The notes: generated from the sequence alone by a model not told the origin. A stretch of 64,000 bases of DNA from Candidatus Omnitrophota bacterium (GCA_028870995.1 JAGWOI010000003.1:39955-103954); one strand, 5' to 3'. Shown: positions 1 through 8,955, counted from the first letter of the stretch. Translations and numbers: made by a program.

Positions 1-1226
1 GCCAAGGCCAAAATCCCGTCCTTGCTCCAAAAACCGCTCAAGGGCCAGATGCCGCTCAAGGCCAGGGTGCCGATAAAAAAAGTCCAGCCGGTGATGGGCA
101 TCTTTTTCCACAAGCCCTGCATCTTCCAAATGTTTTGCTCGTGATGAAGGGCGTAAATAACACTGCCGGAACCCAAGAACAAGAGGGCCTTAAAAAAGGC
201 GTGGGTGGTCAGGTGATACATGCCTTGCGTCGGACCGCCTAATCCCAGTGCCATGACCATCAGTCCCAACTGGCTGAGGGTCGAATAGGCCAAAATCCTT
301 TTAATATCATTCTCCGCTACGGCCAAAATCGCGGCCATCAGCGATGTAATGGCGCCGACATAGGCAATGATGATAAGCGCTGTCGGTGCCGGCGCAAAGA
401 TGAAAAAGACACGGCTTAAAAGATAAATACCTGCCGCCACCATCGTGGCCGCATGGATGAGGGCGCTGACCGGTGTGGGGCCTTCCATGGCGTCGATAAG
501 CCAGACGTGCAGCGGGATTTGGGCGGATTTGCCGATGACCCCGCAGAAAAGCAGCAATGCGATGGTGGTCAACAAGCCCGTATTTAAATGGGGGATGACC
601 GCCGTTAAATCGGTGAATTGAAAACTGCGGCCGGCGCCGATATCAGAGACGCCCCACAATAAAAGGATGCCGCAGAAGAAACCGAAGTCGGAGAGGCGGT
701 TGACCAGGAAGGCCTTGACCCCGGCATCGGCCGCCGAGGGCTTGGCGTACCAGAAACCGATGAGCAGATAGGAGCTTAAACCTACCAGTTCCCAGAAAAT
801 GAACAGCTGGATAAAATTATTGGACAGCACAATCCCGATCATGGAAAAGGCGAACAGGCTCAACTCCGCGAAAAACCGTGGGCTGCCGGGGTCTTCATTC
901 ATGTAGGCCCTGGAATAAATGAAGATGGCGCTGCTGACACCCGTGACGATCAAGAGCATGACAATGGCCAAGGGATTGATGAGAAAGCCGAAATTGACCG
1001 TCAAGTTATCGAAATGGATCCACGGCAGGGACTGCTGTAACGCATAAGGCGGATTGGCATGGAATATCTGGCCAAAGACCAGGCAACTGCAAATAAATGA
1101 AAGCAGGATGCCGGCAATGGCGATCAGGCTGCTGGTGTTCTTGTTGCTTAAAAAGAAAAGCGTGATCAAGACGCAGGCCGCAAGCGGCGCGAAAAAAGCG
1201 GTCCAAACTAAACAAGGATTTATCAT
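1..1226 (-). CDS. nuoL: NADH-quinone oxidoreductase subunit L (antiporter-like), 3' end outside window
   Basis: Manual minus-strand translation from ATG 1226: MINPCLVW...FIFWELVGLSSYLLIGFWY...KSAQIPLHVWLIDAMEGPTPVSALIHAATMVAAG. Directly downstream of nuoK; absent from the ORF track because it runs off the edge. Confidence 0.93.
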   Translation of the reverse strand, partial: MINPCLVWTAFFAPLAACVLITLFFLSNKNTSSLIAIAGILLSFICSCLVFGQIFHANPPYALQQSLPWIHFDNLTVNFGFLINPLAIVMLLIVTGVSSAIFIYSRAYMNEDPGSPRFFAELSLFAFSMIGIVLSNNFIQLFIFWELVGLSSYLLIGFWYAKPSAADAGVKAFLVNRLSDFGFFCGILLLWGVSDIGAGRSFQFTDLTAVIPHLNTGLLTTIALLLFCGVIGKSAQIPLHVWLIDAMEGPTPVSALIHAATMVAAGIYLLSRVFFIFAPAPTALIIIAYVGAITSLMAAILAVAENDIKRILAYSTLSQLGLMVMALGLGGPTQGMYHLTTHAFFKALLFLGSGSVIYALHHEQNIWKMQGLWKKMPITGWTFFIGTLALSGIWPLSGFWSKDGILAL

Positions 1227-1231
1227 AACCC

Positions 1232-1534
1232 CTACCACTTCATCTCTTTTAATTCGTCCGCCTGAATCGTTGACAGGCGGCGGTACATCAAAACGATAAT
1301 GGCAAGCCCGATGGCGACTTCGGCGGCAGCCACCAGGATGACGAAAAACACGATCAGCTGACCGGCATAATCGCCGTTGAATTTGGAAAAAGCCACAAAG
1401 GAAAGGTTGGAGGCGGCCAGCAGGAGCTCCAGCGACAGCAGCACCTTAAGTACGTTGCGGCTGGTGGTCACCCCAATGAGGCCTATGGAAAAAACGATAC
1501 CGCTTAAAATTAAATAATGGCCCAGGCTGATCAT
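1232..1534 (-). CDS. nuoK: NADH-quinone oxidoreductase subunit K
   Basis: 100 aa, 3 TM, SLELLL and AAAEVAIGLAI motifs. Confidence 0.93.
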   Translation of the reverse strand: MISLGHYLILSGIVFSIGLIGVTTSRNVLKVLLSLELLLAASNLSFVAFSKFNGDYAGQLIVFFVILVAAAEVAIGLAIIVLMYRRLSTIQADELKEMKW

Positions 1535-2049
1535 AAGGCCTCGTCCTTACCTGTACTTAAGGCGCCCTGGGCGAGGGAGACGATCCCGAAGACAGCGACC
1601 AGCAAAAGAAGAGACGTCATTTCAAAGGGCAGCAGATAATCCGTAAACAGGATTTTCCCTACGGCTTCTATGGTGCCGCGAAGGTTCGAGGCAGGTATGG
1701 CCTGCGCCTTGAAGAAACTCATCAGGGCCAAGGCAAATGAGCCGGCAAACAGCATGCCGGCCAGGGTGCCTAAGCCTTGGAACAGCCACGGGCTTGCCTG
1801 TTGCCGGCCGGCGGTATTCAGGTTCAGGCAAATGACAACGAACAAAAAGAAGACCAGCACGGCACCGGCATAGACCAACAGCAGGATCATCCCTACAAAA
1901 AAGGCCTCCAGCGTGACAAAAAGGCAGGAAAGGGCAAAGATGGTCACAACCAGGGCCAACACATTATATAAAGGATTACGGGCGTAGACCACTGCAAGGC
2001 TGGCGGCGATCAAAATGGCGGCAAAAAGAAAAAAGAAAAAAAAAGACAT
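1531..2049 (-). CDS. nuoJ: NADH-quinone oxidoreductase subunit J
   Basis: LLVYAGAVLVFFLFV and GKILFTDYLLPFE motifs; 4-nt overlap with nuoK. Confidence 0.92.
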   Translation of the reverse strand: MSFFFFFLFAAILIAASLAVVYARNPLYNVLALVVTIFALSCLFVTLEAFFVGMILLLVYAGAVLVFFLFVVICLNLNTAGRQQASPWLFQGLGTLAGMLFAGSFALALMSFFKAQAIPASNLRGTIEAVGKILFTDYLLPFEMTSLLLLVAVFGIVSLAQGALSTGKDEAL

Positions 2050-2084
2050 GGCTTCCCCTTCCTACCTGAAGTTTCGTATATCCC

Positions 2085-2112
2085 ATCATAGAAATAAACA
2101 CAGTATTGTCAA
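2085..2112 (-). promoter_or_regulatory. sigma70-type promoter for nuoJKL
   Basis: Minus strand TTGACA (2112-2107), 16 nt, TATGAT (2090-2085). Confidence 0.55.
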
Positions 2113-2213
2113 GAGGATACTAAAAAAATGATATCCGTCAAGGACTTTAAATGCAACAAGAAGCTAATAAACACTTGAGGCAGCCTTGCGATTATGTTAT
2201 CTTAGTAAACCTT

Positions 2214-3443
2214 ATGGCACAACGAATGAGAAATAAAAAATTAAGCGTGACCGCTGCCCAGGAACTGCAGATCCTGCGCAATATCGTCGATATCGCCTCC
2301 TCGGAACTTGACCTGAGCCTGACTTTGCAGCTGATTGTCAAGATCGTCACGGAAATGACGGACGCGGACTCCGTTTTTATCTACCTTTTCGATGAGAGCA
2401 AGCATAATTTAGTGCTCATGGCGTCCAAAACCCCCCACAAAAAGGAACTGGGGAACGTGGTCTTGAAAGCCGGTGAGGGCATCACCGGATGGGTGGCCCG
2501 TGAAAACAAGACCGTGGCCATCAAGGCGCGCGCTTATAAGGACCCCCGCTTTAAGAATTTCGATGTCCTGCCGGAAGACCGTTACGAGGCTTTTTTGTCC
2601 GTGCCCATCATTTATAAGGGAAGGGCGGTGGGTGTGGTCAATGTGCAGCACAAGAGCCAGCAGGATTATTCCGCCGAAACCGTCAATTTGATCGAAATGA
2701 TCGCCAAGCAGGTCGGCGGCATCATCGAGCATGCCCGGCTTTTCGAGGAAACCAAGAAAAAAGCCCTGCAATTCGACTCCCTGATCAAGGTCAGCCATTC
2801 CATTACCAGTGAAAATTACCTGGACGAGATCCTCAACTTGATCGTGGTGGTCACCGCGGAGATGCTTAATTCCAAAATCTGCTCCATTATGCTTTTGGAT
2901 GAGAAGGGTGAGGAGCTGTCCATCAAGGCCACCCAGTCTTTGAGTTCGGAATACAAATTGAAGCCCAATATCAAGGTGGACAACAGCCTGACCGGCTCGG
3001 TCATCAGGACAAAGAAGCCTGCCATTGTTTATGATGTGAGCAAGGATGAAAAATATTTTTACCGCGACCTGGCCCTCAAGGAAGGGTTGACCTCCATGGT
3101 GGCCGTGCCGATGATCGTCAAAGATCTGGCCATCGGTGTCATCAATGTGTACACCAAACAGCACCATGATTTTACCGGGGAAGAGGTGGGTGTTTTACAG
3201 ATGATCGCCAACCAGGCGGCGGTGGCCGTGGAAAATACCAAATTGATGCAGGAGGCCTTGAAAGCCAAGGAAGCCCTGGAGACCCGAAAGCTGATCGAGA
3301 GGGCCAAAGGGATCCTCATGAAAATGAACAATCTTTCGGAAGACGCTGCCTACCGCCTCATCCACAAGAAGAGCATGGACACCTGCCGGTCCATGAAAGA
3401 AATTGCCGAATCCGTCATCCTGATGTCGGAACTCCAGAAGTGA
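2214..3443 (+). CDS. GAF-GAF-ANTAR RNA-binding antitermination regulator (start 2214 or 2226; ORF track opens at 2151)
   Basis: Two tandem GAF repeats (GEGITGWVA...DPRF...FLSVPII..GRAVGVVNV; SMVAVPMI...AIGVINVY) then ANTAR signature RKLIERAKGILM...SEDAAYRLIHKKSMD...MKEIAESVI. A TTGAGG-N17-TATCTT promoter at 2175-2203 argues for the later start. Confidence 0.9.
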   Translation: MAQRMRNKKLSVTAAQELQILRNIVDIASSELDLSLTLQLIVKIVTEMTDADSVFIYLFDESKHNLVLMASKTPHKKELGNVVLKAGEGITGWVARENKTVAIKARAYKDPRFKNFDVLPEDRYEAFLSVPIIYKGRAVGVVNVQHKSQQDYSAETVNLIEMIAKQVGGIIEHARLFEETKKKALQFDSLIKVSHSITSENYLDEILNLIVVVTAEMLNSKICSIMLLDEKGEELSIKATQSLSSEYKLKPNIKVDNSLTGSVIRTKKPAIVYDVSKDEKYFYRDLALKEGLTSMVAVPMIVKDLAIGVINVYTKQHHDFTGEEVGVLQMIANQAAVAVENTKLMQEALKAKEALETRKLIERAKGILMKMNNLSEDAAYRLIHKKSMDTCRSMKEIAESVILMSELQK

Positions 3444-3543
3444 AAACCCTTTAGGAAAAATTTTCTATTGACAAAATCCTTCAAGCAGGTGTAGGATGCA
3501 ATCCCTATAACAGGAACAGCAAAAGATTTTTAGGGAGGGGTCT

Positions 3544-3762
3544 ATGATACAAGCCAACAGGGTCAAAAGAACAGCAATCAAATCGAGCGCGGCCAAGGGC
3601 AGGACGGAAGAAGTTTCAAGCCCAAAATCCGGCGGCAATGGTGATTTGCATCAGAAAATTTCCGAAAAGGCCTATGAGCTTTATTTGGAGCGTGGCTGTG
3701 AGCATGGCCATGACGCGGAAGATTGGGCCCATGCGGAAAAGATTGTCAAAGGCCAGCTCTAA
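3544..3762 (+). CDS. DUF2934-family small protein
   Basis: ISEKAYELYLERGCEHGHDAEDWAHAEKIV motif; strong RBS AGGGAGG. Confidence 0.8.
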   Translation: MIQANRVKRTAIKSSAAKGRTEEVSSPKSGGNGDLHQKISEKAYELYLERGCEHGHDAEDWAHAEKIVKGQL

Positions 3763-3771
3763 ATTTTTTTC

Positions 3772-3799
3772 TTGACAAATATTTTTTAGCAGCTATACT
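3772..3799 (+). promoter_or_regulatory. sigma70-type promoter of the small-ORF/amtB/glnK operon
   Basis: TTGACA 3772-3777, 16 nt, TATACT 3794-3799. Confidence 0.7.
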
Positions 3800-3822
3800 T
3801 TCCATAGTTGCAGTATAGATAT

Positions 3823-3909
3823 GTCTGGGGCGTTGACGTTCCGGATTGAAACACGGGCAATGAAGGTCCTCTTGGTGAACATAAGTAACTGAGGGGATTT
3901 TTTTATTTT
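3823..3909 (+). promoter_or_regulatory. Candidate ANTAR twin hairpin plus overlapping intrinsic terminator (attenuator 1)
   Basis: CTGGGGC-GTTGAC-GTTCCGG (hexaloop, G1/G4), ~10-nt linker, GGGC-AATGAAG-GTCC. The GTCC arm is also the 5' arm of terminator GTCCTCTTGGT/ACTGAGGGGAT followed by a T tract. Confidence 0.75.
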
Positions 3910-3912
3910 ATA

Positions 3913-3994
3913 GCCGCCTTGAACAGGCGGCGGGCATTGGAGTCCGGTTTTTTTAAGCAACGGCAGCTTAGCTTAAAGAAACCGGACTTTTTTT
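3913..3994 (+). promoter_or_regulatory. Candidate ANTAR hairpin plus overlapping intrinsic terminator (attenuator 2)
   Basis: GCCGCCT/AGGCGGC hairpin, then GGGC-ATTGGA-GTCC (A1/G4 hexaloop) overlapping a 17-bp terminator stem GTCCGGTTTTTTTAAGC/GCTTAAAGAAACCGGAC plus T7. Confidence 0.78.
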
Positions 3995-4018
3995 GTCCTT
4001 AAAACAGGGAGGTTGGTT

Positions 4019-4144
4019 ATGAAAGCGACCCACACAAGCACCAAGAAATTGAGGCATGCCGAATTGATTGCCGGGATGTTCGCCTTTTTGCAGATTTTCC
4101 TGGCTTTCGGGTTGTTTTTCGCGTTGAAAGAGCATCTTGTCTAA
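4019..4144 (+). CDS. 41-aa single-TM small protein (below ORF-track cutoff)
   Basis: AGGGAGG RBS at 4006-4012; MKATHTSTKKLRHAELIAGMFAFLQIFLAFGLFFALKEHLV*; fills the gap between the leader and amtB. Confidence 0.65.
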   Translation: MKATHTSTKKLRHAELIAGMFAFLQIFLAFGLFFALKEHLV

Positions 4145-4172
4145 CCAGTCATAAAACAGGAGGAAAAAAGTA

Positions 4173-5435
4173 ATGGGAACAACACCAGCAAATCCCCTCA
4201 ATAACGGGGACATCGCATGGGTCCTGACTTCAGCCGCCTTGGTTTTGGCGATGACGGCTCCGGGCCTGGCCTTCTTTTATGGAGGCATGGTAAGGCGTAA
4301 GAATATCAACAGCATTTTGATGCAATGTTTCATGTGTTTGGCCATTGTCAGCGTTTTGTGGGTGGTCGTCGGCTACAGCCTGGCCTTCGGTCCCGGCGCC
4401 CCGGGTTTCTTGAAGGGGTTGATCGGCGGCTTCAACTGGGCCATGCTCAAGAATGTGTCCATGAGCGCGCCTGATCCGTATGCGCCGACCATTCCTCATC
4501 AGGCCTATATGATCTTCCAGTTGATGTTCGCGGTCATCACACCGGCCCTGGCCATCGGTTCTTTCGCCGAAAGGGTCAAGTTTTCCGGATGGGTCTGGTG
4601 GACGGTTTTATGGCTGCTGATCGTTTACTGTCCGGTGGCCCACATGGTCTGGTCCCATGACGGGATCGAAGGCCAGTGGGGCGTTCTGGACTTCGCCGGC
4701 GGTACCGTCGTGCACATGAATGCCGGTATCGCAGGTTTGGCCAGCTGCCTTTATTTAGGCAAGCGCATCGGCACAAACAAGCCCGGCATGCATAACGTGC
4801 CCTTTGTTATGCTGGGGGCTTCCTTATTGTGGTTCGGATGGTTTGGTTTCAACGCCGGTTCGGCGGTCTCGGCCGGCGCCCTGGCGACCAGCGCTTTCGT
4901 TGTCACCAACACCGCGACCGCGGCCGCGGCCATCAGCTGGGTGGTCATGGAGTGGGTCTTCGCAGGCGCTCCCACCATTGTCGGTGCCTGTTCGGGTGCG
5001 GTGGCCGGTTTAGTTGCCATCACCCCGGCCTCTGGTTTCGTGGATGCCGGCGGTTCCTTGTGGATCGGTTTCCTGGTCAGCGTGTTCTGCTACTGCATGG
5101 TGGCCTTCGTGAAACCGAAATTCGGCTATGACGATACTCTGGATGCCTTCGGCGTGCATTATATCGGCGGGCTTTGGGGTGCCTTGGCCACCGGTCTGTT
5201 TGCCGTCAAAGCCGTCAACTCGGCCGGTTCAGGTGTGTTTGATGGCAACCCGGGCCAGTTTTTGACCCAGGCCAAAGGCTGCTTGTTGACCACGGTCTAC
5301 ACCTTTATAATGACCCTGGTCATCTGCTTCATCGTCGATAAGGTTCTCGGCGGCTTCCGCGCCACACCGGAAGATGAGGCCATTGGCATCGATTTAAGCC
5401 AGCACCATGAGCGTGCTTACACCATCTTGGACTAA
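4173..5435 (+). CDS. amtB: Ammonium transporter
   Basis: [51 protein letters not shown]; both pore histidines present; AGGAGG RBS. Confidence 0.97.
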   Translation: MGTTPANPLNNGDIAWVLTSAALVLAMTAPGLAFFYGGMVRRKNINSILMQCFMCLAIVSVLWVVVGYSLAFGPGAPGFLKGLIGGFNWAMLKNVSMSAPDPYAPTIPHQAYMIFQLMFAVITPALAIGSFAERVKFSGWVWWTVLWLLIVYCPVAHMVWSHDGIEGQWGVLDFAGGTVVHMNAGIAGLASCLYLGKRIGTNKPGMHNVPFVMLGASLLWFGWFGFNAGSAVSAGALATSAFVVTNTATAAAAISWVVMEWVFAGAPTIVGACSGAVAGLVAITPASGFVDAGGSLWIGFLVSVFCYCMVAFVKPKFGYDDTLDAFGVHYIGGLWGALATGLFAVKAVNSAGSGVFDGNPGQFLTQAKGCLLTTVYTFIMTLVICFIVDKVLGGFRATPEDEAIGIDLSQHHERAYTILD

Positions 5436-5457
5436 AAATAAAGGAGGAGTGTTTACC

Positions 5458-5799
5458 ATGAAATTAGTCATCGCTATCATTCAGCCTTATAAGCTCGAAG
5501 ATGTCAAGCAAGAGCTCTATGCGGCGAATGTGAACCTGATCACCGTCTCCGAAGTCCTGGGGCACGGCCGCCAGGTAGGGGTTGATGAGTACTACCGCGG
5601 GGTCAAGGAAACAGGCAATTTGCTGCGCAAAATAAGGCTCGAAATCGCAGTCAACGAGGATTTCGTTGAACCCACGATCAAGGCCATCATTAAAGGCGCC
5701 CGCACCGGCAAAATAGGTGACGGTAAGATCTTTGTCGTCGACCTGCCCAGATGCATCCGCATCCGTACAGGCGAGGAGGGGTCCAAAGCCATCGGTTAA
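5458..5799 (+). CDS. glnK: PII nitrogen regulatory protein
   Basis: [42 protein letters not shown]; AGGAGGAG RBS before ATG 5458; adjacent to amtB. Confidence 0.95.
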   Translation: MKLVIAIIQPYKLEDVKQELYAANVNLITVSEVLGHGRQVGVDEYYRGVKETGNLLRKIRLEIAVNEDFVEPTIKAIIKGARTGKIGDGKIFVVDLPRCIRIRTGEEGSKAIG

Positions 5800-5812
5800 G
5801 GACTGTTTTTGA

Positions 5813-5877
5813 AGAGTGGTAAAGCGATAAAGTGGTAGAGTGGTAGGCGGGCTTTATTCCTATCACTCTACCACTTT
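5813..5877. repeat. Octamer tandem repeat folded into a 19-bp hairpin
   Basis: AGAGTGGT AAAGCGAT AAAGTGGT AGAGTGGT; stem 5829-5847 pairs with 5859-5877. Confidence 0.7.
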
Positions 5878-5895
5878 CCGCAGGCATAAAAAGCC

Positions 5896-5924
5896 TTGAC
5901 AACATTTGCCTTAGAGAGTAGTAT
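5896..5924 (+). promoter_or_regulatory. sigma70-type promoter of the GSIII gene
   Basis: TTGACA 5896-5901, 17 nt, TAGTAT 5919-5924. Confidence 0.7.
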
Positions 5925-5939
5925 TCACCATATTTTCCT

Positions 5940-5991
5940 GAGGGCATTGGCGTCCTCCTTGAAAGATATTTCAGGGAGGACTTTGTGTTTT
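5940..5991 (+). promoter_or_regulatory. Candidate ANTAR hairpin plus overlapping terminator in the GS leader (attenuator 3)
   Basis: GAGGGC-ATTGGC-GTCCTC (A1/G4 hexaloop) overlapping terminator GTCCTCCTTGAAA-GATA-TTTCAGGGAGGAC-TTTGTGTTTT. Confidence 0.78.
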
Positions 5992-6017
5992 AGAAACAAT
6001 TTATATCAGGAGGTTTT

Positions 6018-8156
6018 ATGAGTCAAACCCGCGAAGAAGTCATCCAGGCGGCGGAGGAATGCTGCTGCAACGGTTCGTTCAGCGAGCATCTGCCCGAACA
6101 TTTCGGCGAAAACGTCTTTAGTCTCAAGGTGATGAAAGAAATGCTTTCACCCAAAGCGTACGCTTCCATCGAAAAAACGATGAAGGAAGGCGGCAAGCTG
6201 GACGCTTCCATTGCCGATGAAGTGGCTGAAGCCATGAAGAAATGGGCTGTGGCCAAAGGCGCCACCCACTATACGCACTGGTTTCAGCCCATGACCGGTG
6301 TTACCGCTGAAAAGCATGATTCCTTTATCGATTGGGACGGCGACGGCGGGGTCATCCTGAGTTTTTCCGGCAAGAACCTGATCCAGGGTGAACCGGATGC
6401 TTCTTCGTTCCCTTCCGGAGGTTTGCGCGCGACCTTCGAAGCCCGCGGCTATACCGGCTGGGATCCGACGTCTCCGGCCTTTATTAAAGAAGGCCCTGAA
6501 GCCACCACCCTGTGCATCCCGACCTTTTATATCGGGTATCACGGCGAGGCATTGGACAAGAAAACACCTCTGCTGCGTTCCATGGTGGCCTTGAGCAAGC
6601 AGATCTGCCGCCTGGCCAACCTATTCGGCATTGATACCAAGGGCAAGCGTGCCTACTGCACCTTGGGTCCTGAGCAGGAATATTTCCTTATCGACAAGGC
6701 CCATTATCAGGCCCGTCCTGACCTGGTGCAGACCGGTCGCACCCTGTTCGGCAAGAAACCGGCCAAGCATCAGCAGCAGGAAGACCAATACTTTGGTGCC
6801 ATTAAACCGCGCATCATGGGCTTCATGGAAGATCTGGACCGCACCCTCTGGGGCTTAGGCATGCCGTCCAAGACCCGTCATAATGAAGTGGCTCCGGCCC
6901 AGTATGAAATCGCGCCGATCTATGAAGATTTGAATACCGGTGTTGACCATAACATGATGGCCATGGAGATCATGCGCCAGATCGCTGACAAGCATGGGTT
7001 GGCCTGCCTGCTGCATGAGAAGCCTTTTGCCGGCATCAACGGTTCCGGCAAACACAACAACTGGTCCGTGGTCGGCCCCGACGGCAAGAATTGGCTGTAT
7101 CCGGGCAAGACCCCGCATGAAAATGCCAAATTTGTGACCACCCTGTGCGCGGTCATCAAGGCGGTTGATACCTATGCCGACCTGCTGCGCGTGGCGGTGG
7201 CTTCCGCCGGCAATGATCACCGTTTGGGCGCCAACGAAGCGCCTCCGGCCATCATCTCCATTTTCTTAGGAGACCAGCTGACCGATATCATCGAGCAGAT
7301 CGAAAAAGGCGGCGCCAAGACATCCAGGGAAGGCAGCACCATCCATGTGGGCGTCGATTCTCTGCCCATCCTGGCCAAGGACACGACCGACCGCAACCGC
7401 ACCTCGCCGTTCGCTTTCACCGGCGCCAAGTTTGAGTTCCGCGCCGTCGGTTCCAACCAGAACCCTTCAGCCGCCAACATGGTGCTTAACACTATCGTTG
7501 CTGAAGCGATTTCCGATATTTGTGACCAGCTGGAAGCCGACAAGAAAGCCGGCAAGGATTTCAATGCCAGCCTGCAAAAAGTTCTCCAGGATATCGTCAA
7601 GAAGCACAAGAAGGTGCTTTTTAACGGCGATGGTTACACCGATGCCTGGCATAAGGAAGCCAAGAAGCGCGGCCTTCCCAATATGAAAACCACGCCGGAA
7701 GCCTTGGAAGTGTTGAAAGAAAAGAAGAACATCAATGTCTTTACCAAGCACGGTGTGTTGACGGAGGTGGAAGTGGCCTCCCGTTATGAGATCAATAAAC
7801 ATGCCTATGTGACGGTACAGGTGCTGGAAGGTGACTGCGCCCTGCAAATGGCCAAAACGCAGCTTATCCCTGCGGCCATCGAATACCAGAAGCAGTTGGC
7901 GGACAACATCAAGGCTGTCGGCTCAGCCGGCAAGACCACGGCGCAGAAAAAACTTCTCAAGGAAGTCTCTGCCTTGATCGACGAGGCCTTGGGGGATTGC
8001 GACGGCCTGGAAGCGGCGTTGGCCAAGCATGACGGCTTGAAGATTAGCGCCGCCATGGCCAAGCTGCGCGGCCCCATCGACGAATTGGAAGGCCTGGTGC
8101 CGGCCCAGTTGTGGCCTGTCCCAAGCTACGCCGAGATGTTGTTGATGAACTATTAA
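6018..8156 (+). CDS. glnN: Glutamine synthetase type III
   Basis: 712 aa; [64 protein letters not shown]. Confidence 0.96.
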   Translation: MSQTREEVIQAAEECCCNGSFSEHLPEHFGENVFSLKVMKEMLSPKAYASIEKTMKEGGKLDASIADEVAEAMKKWAVAKGATHYTHWFQPMTGVTAEKHDSFIDWDGDGGVILSFSGKNLIQGEPDASSFPSGGLRATFEARGYTGWDPTSPAFIKEGPEATTLCIPTFYIGYHGEALDKKTPLLRSMVALSKQICRLANLFGIDTKGKRAYCTLGPEQEYFLIDKAHYQARPDLVQTGRTLFGKKPAKHQQQEDQYFGAIKPRIMGFMEDLDRTLWGLGMPSKTRHNEVAPAQYEIAPIYEDLNTGVDHNMMAMEIMRQIADKHGLACLLHEKPFAGINGSGKHNNWSVVGPDGKNWLYPGKTPHENAKFVTTLCAVIKAVDTYADLLRVAVASAGNDHRLGANEAPPAIISIFLGDQLTDIIEQIEKGGAKTSREGSTIHVGVDSLPILAKDTTDRNRTSPFAFTGAKFEFRAVGSNQNPSAANMVLNTIVAEAISDICDQLEADKKAGKDFNASLQKVLQDIVKKHKKVLFNGDGYTDAWHKEAKKRGLPNMKTTPEALEVLKEKKNINVFTKHGVLTEVEVASRYEINKHAYVTVQVLEGDCALQMAKTQLIPAAIEYQKQLADNIKAVGSAGKTTAQKKLLKEVSALIDEALGDCDGLEAALAKHDGLKISAAMAKLRGPIDELEGLVPAQLWPVPSYAEMLLMNY

Positions 8157-8178
8157 GGCGGGCTGAAATCAGCCTAAG

Positions 8179-8216
8179 AAAAGGGGACACTTTAGCAGTG
8201 TCCCCTTTTTGTTTTT
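8179..8216 (+). terminator. Intrinsic terminator after GSIII
   Basis: AAAAGGGGACAC-N7-GTGTCCCCTTTT plus T-rich tail. Confidence 0.85.
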
Positions 8217-8232
8217 ATAGTATAATCCTTCA

Positions 8233-8955
8233 ATGATTTTAATTATCAAGCACATCGACATCGAGGGGCCTGGGACCCTGGGAGATTTTTTTAAGTCCCA
8301 GGGGCAAGAATTTCAAATTGTTGAGCTGGGCGCCGGTGATCCTTTGCCTGCAGATCCTCACGCGTATAAGGCCGTGGTTGTCCTGGGCGGTCCCATGAAT
8401 GTCGATGAAGAGGACAAGTACCCTTTTTTGAAGCCGGAAAATGAATTCATCCGTAAAGTCCTTGAAGCTGAAATCCCTTTTTTGGGGATTTGTTTAGGGA
8501 GCCAGCTCTTGGCCAAGGCCGCCGGGGCCAAGGTCATTCAATCGCCTGTTAAAGAGATTGGTTGGTACCATATCCGGTTGACCCCGGAAGGCCAAAGAGA
8601 TCCGCTGTTTAAAGGATTCAACGCGCAGGACCCTGTCTATCACTGGCACGGAGACATGTTCCAAATTCCGGACCGGGGACAATTACTGGCCACGGCGCAA
8701 GGCTGTCCCCATCAGGCGCTGAAGGTGGGGCCTAACGCCTATGGTTTGCAGTTTCACGTCGAGGTGACGGACCGCAGCATCAAAGAATGGTGCGGGGAGT
8801 ATTGCCGGACCGATTTGCCCGGCCGCGCCGGACATGCCCAGAGCATGCTGGACGATTATTGGAAATATAAAAAAGCCTTCGATCTTCAAGCCCAGGGGCT
8901 GTACCGCAATTTTTTAGAGATCATTCATGATAAAGCTGGCGCTCGCTCAAATTAA
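8233..8955 (+). CDS. Class I glutamine amidotransferase (standalone, GMP-synthase-like GATase1)
   Basis: VLGGPM, GICLGSQL (catalytic Cys), WHGD, GLQFHVE. Confidence 0.9.
   Translation: MILIIKHIDIEGPGTLGDFFKSQGQEFQIVELGAGDPLPADPHAYKAVVVLGGPMNVDEEDKYPFLKPENEFIRKVLEAEIPFLGICLGSQLLAKAAGAKVIQSPVKEIGWYHIRLTPEGQRDPLFKGFNAQDPVYHWHGDMFQIPDRGQLLATAQGCPHQALKVGPNAYGLQFHVEVTDRSIKEWCGEYCRTDLPGRAGHAQSMLDDYWKYKKAFDLQAQGLYRNFLEIIHDKAGARSN

Noticed and set aside
2151-2213. N-terminal extensions in the ORF track (also 5407, 10479, 14380, 43834, 44706, 45435, 53444)
   Set aside because: Downstream starts fit the RBS, promoter positions and family N-termini better.
3800-4018. Possible glnA/glutamine riboswitch or T-box in the amtB or GS leaders
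   Set aside because: No matching consensus seen; the hairpin-terminator overlap beside an ANTAR gene explains the structure better. An Rfam scan would settle it.
3968-4213. 81-aa minus-strand ORF over the amtB leader
   Set aside because: Overlaps the amtB start and the better-supported plus-strand 41-aa ORF; no RBS.
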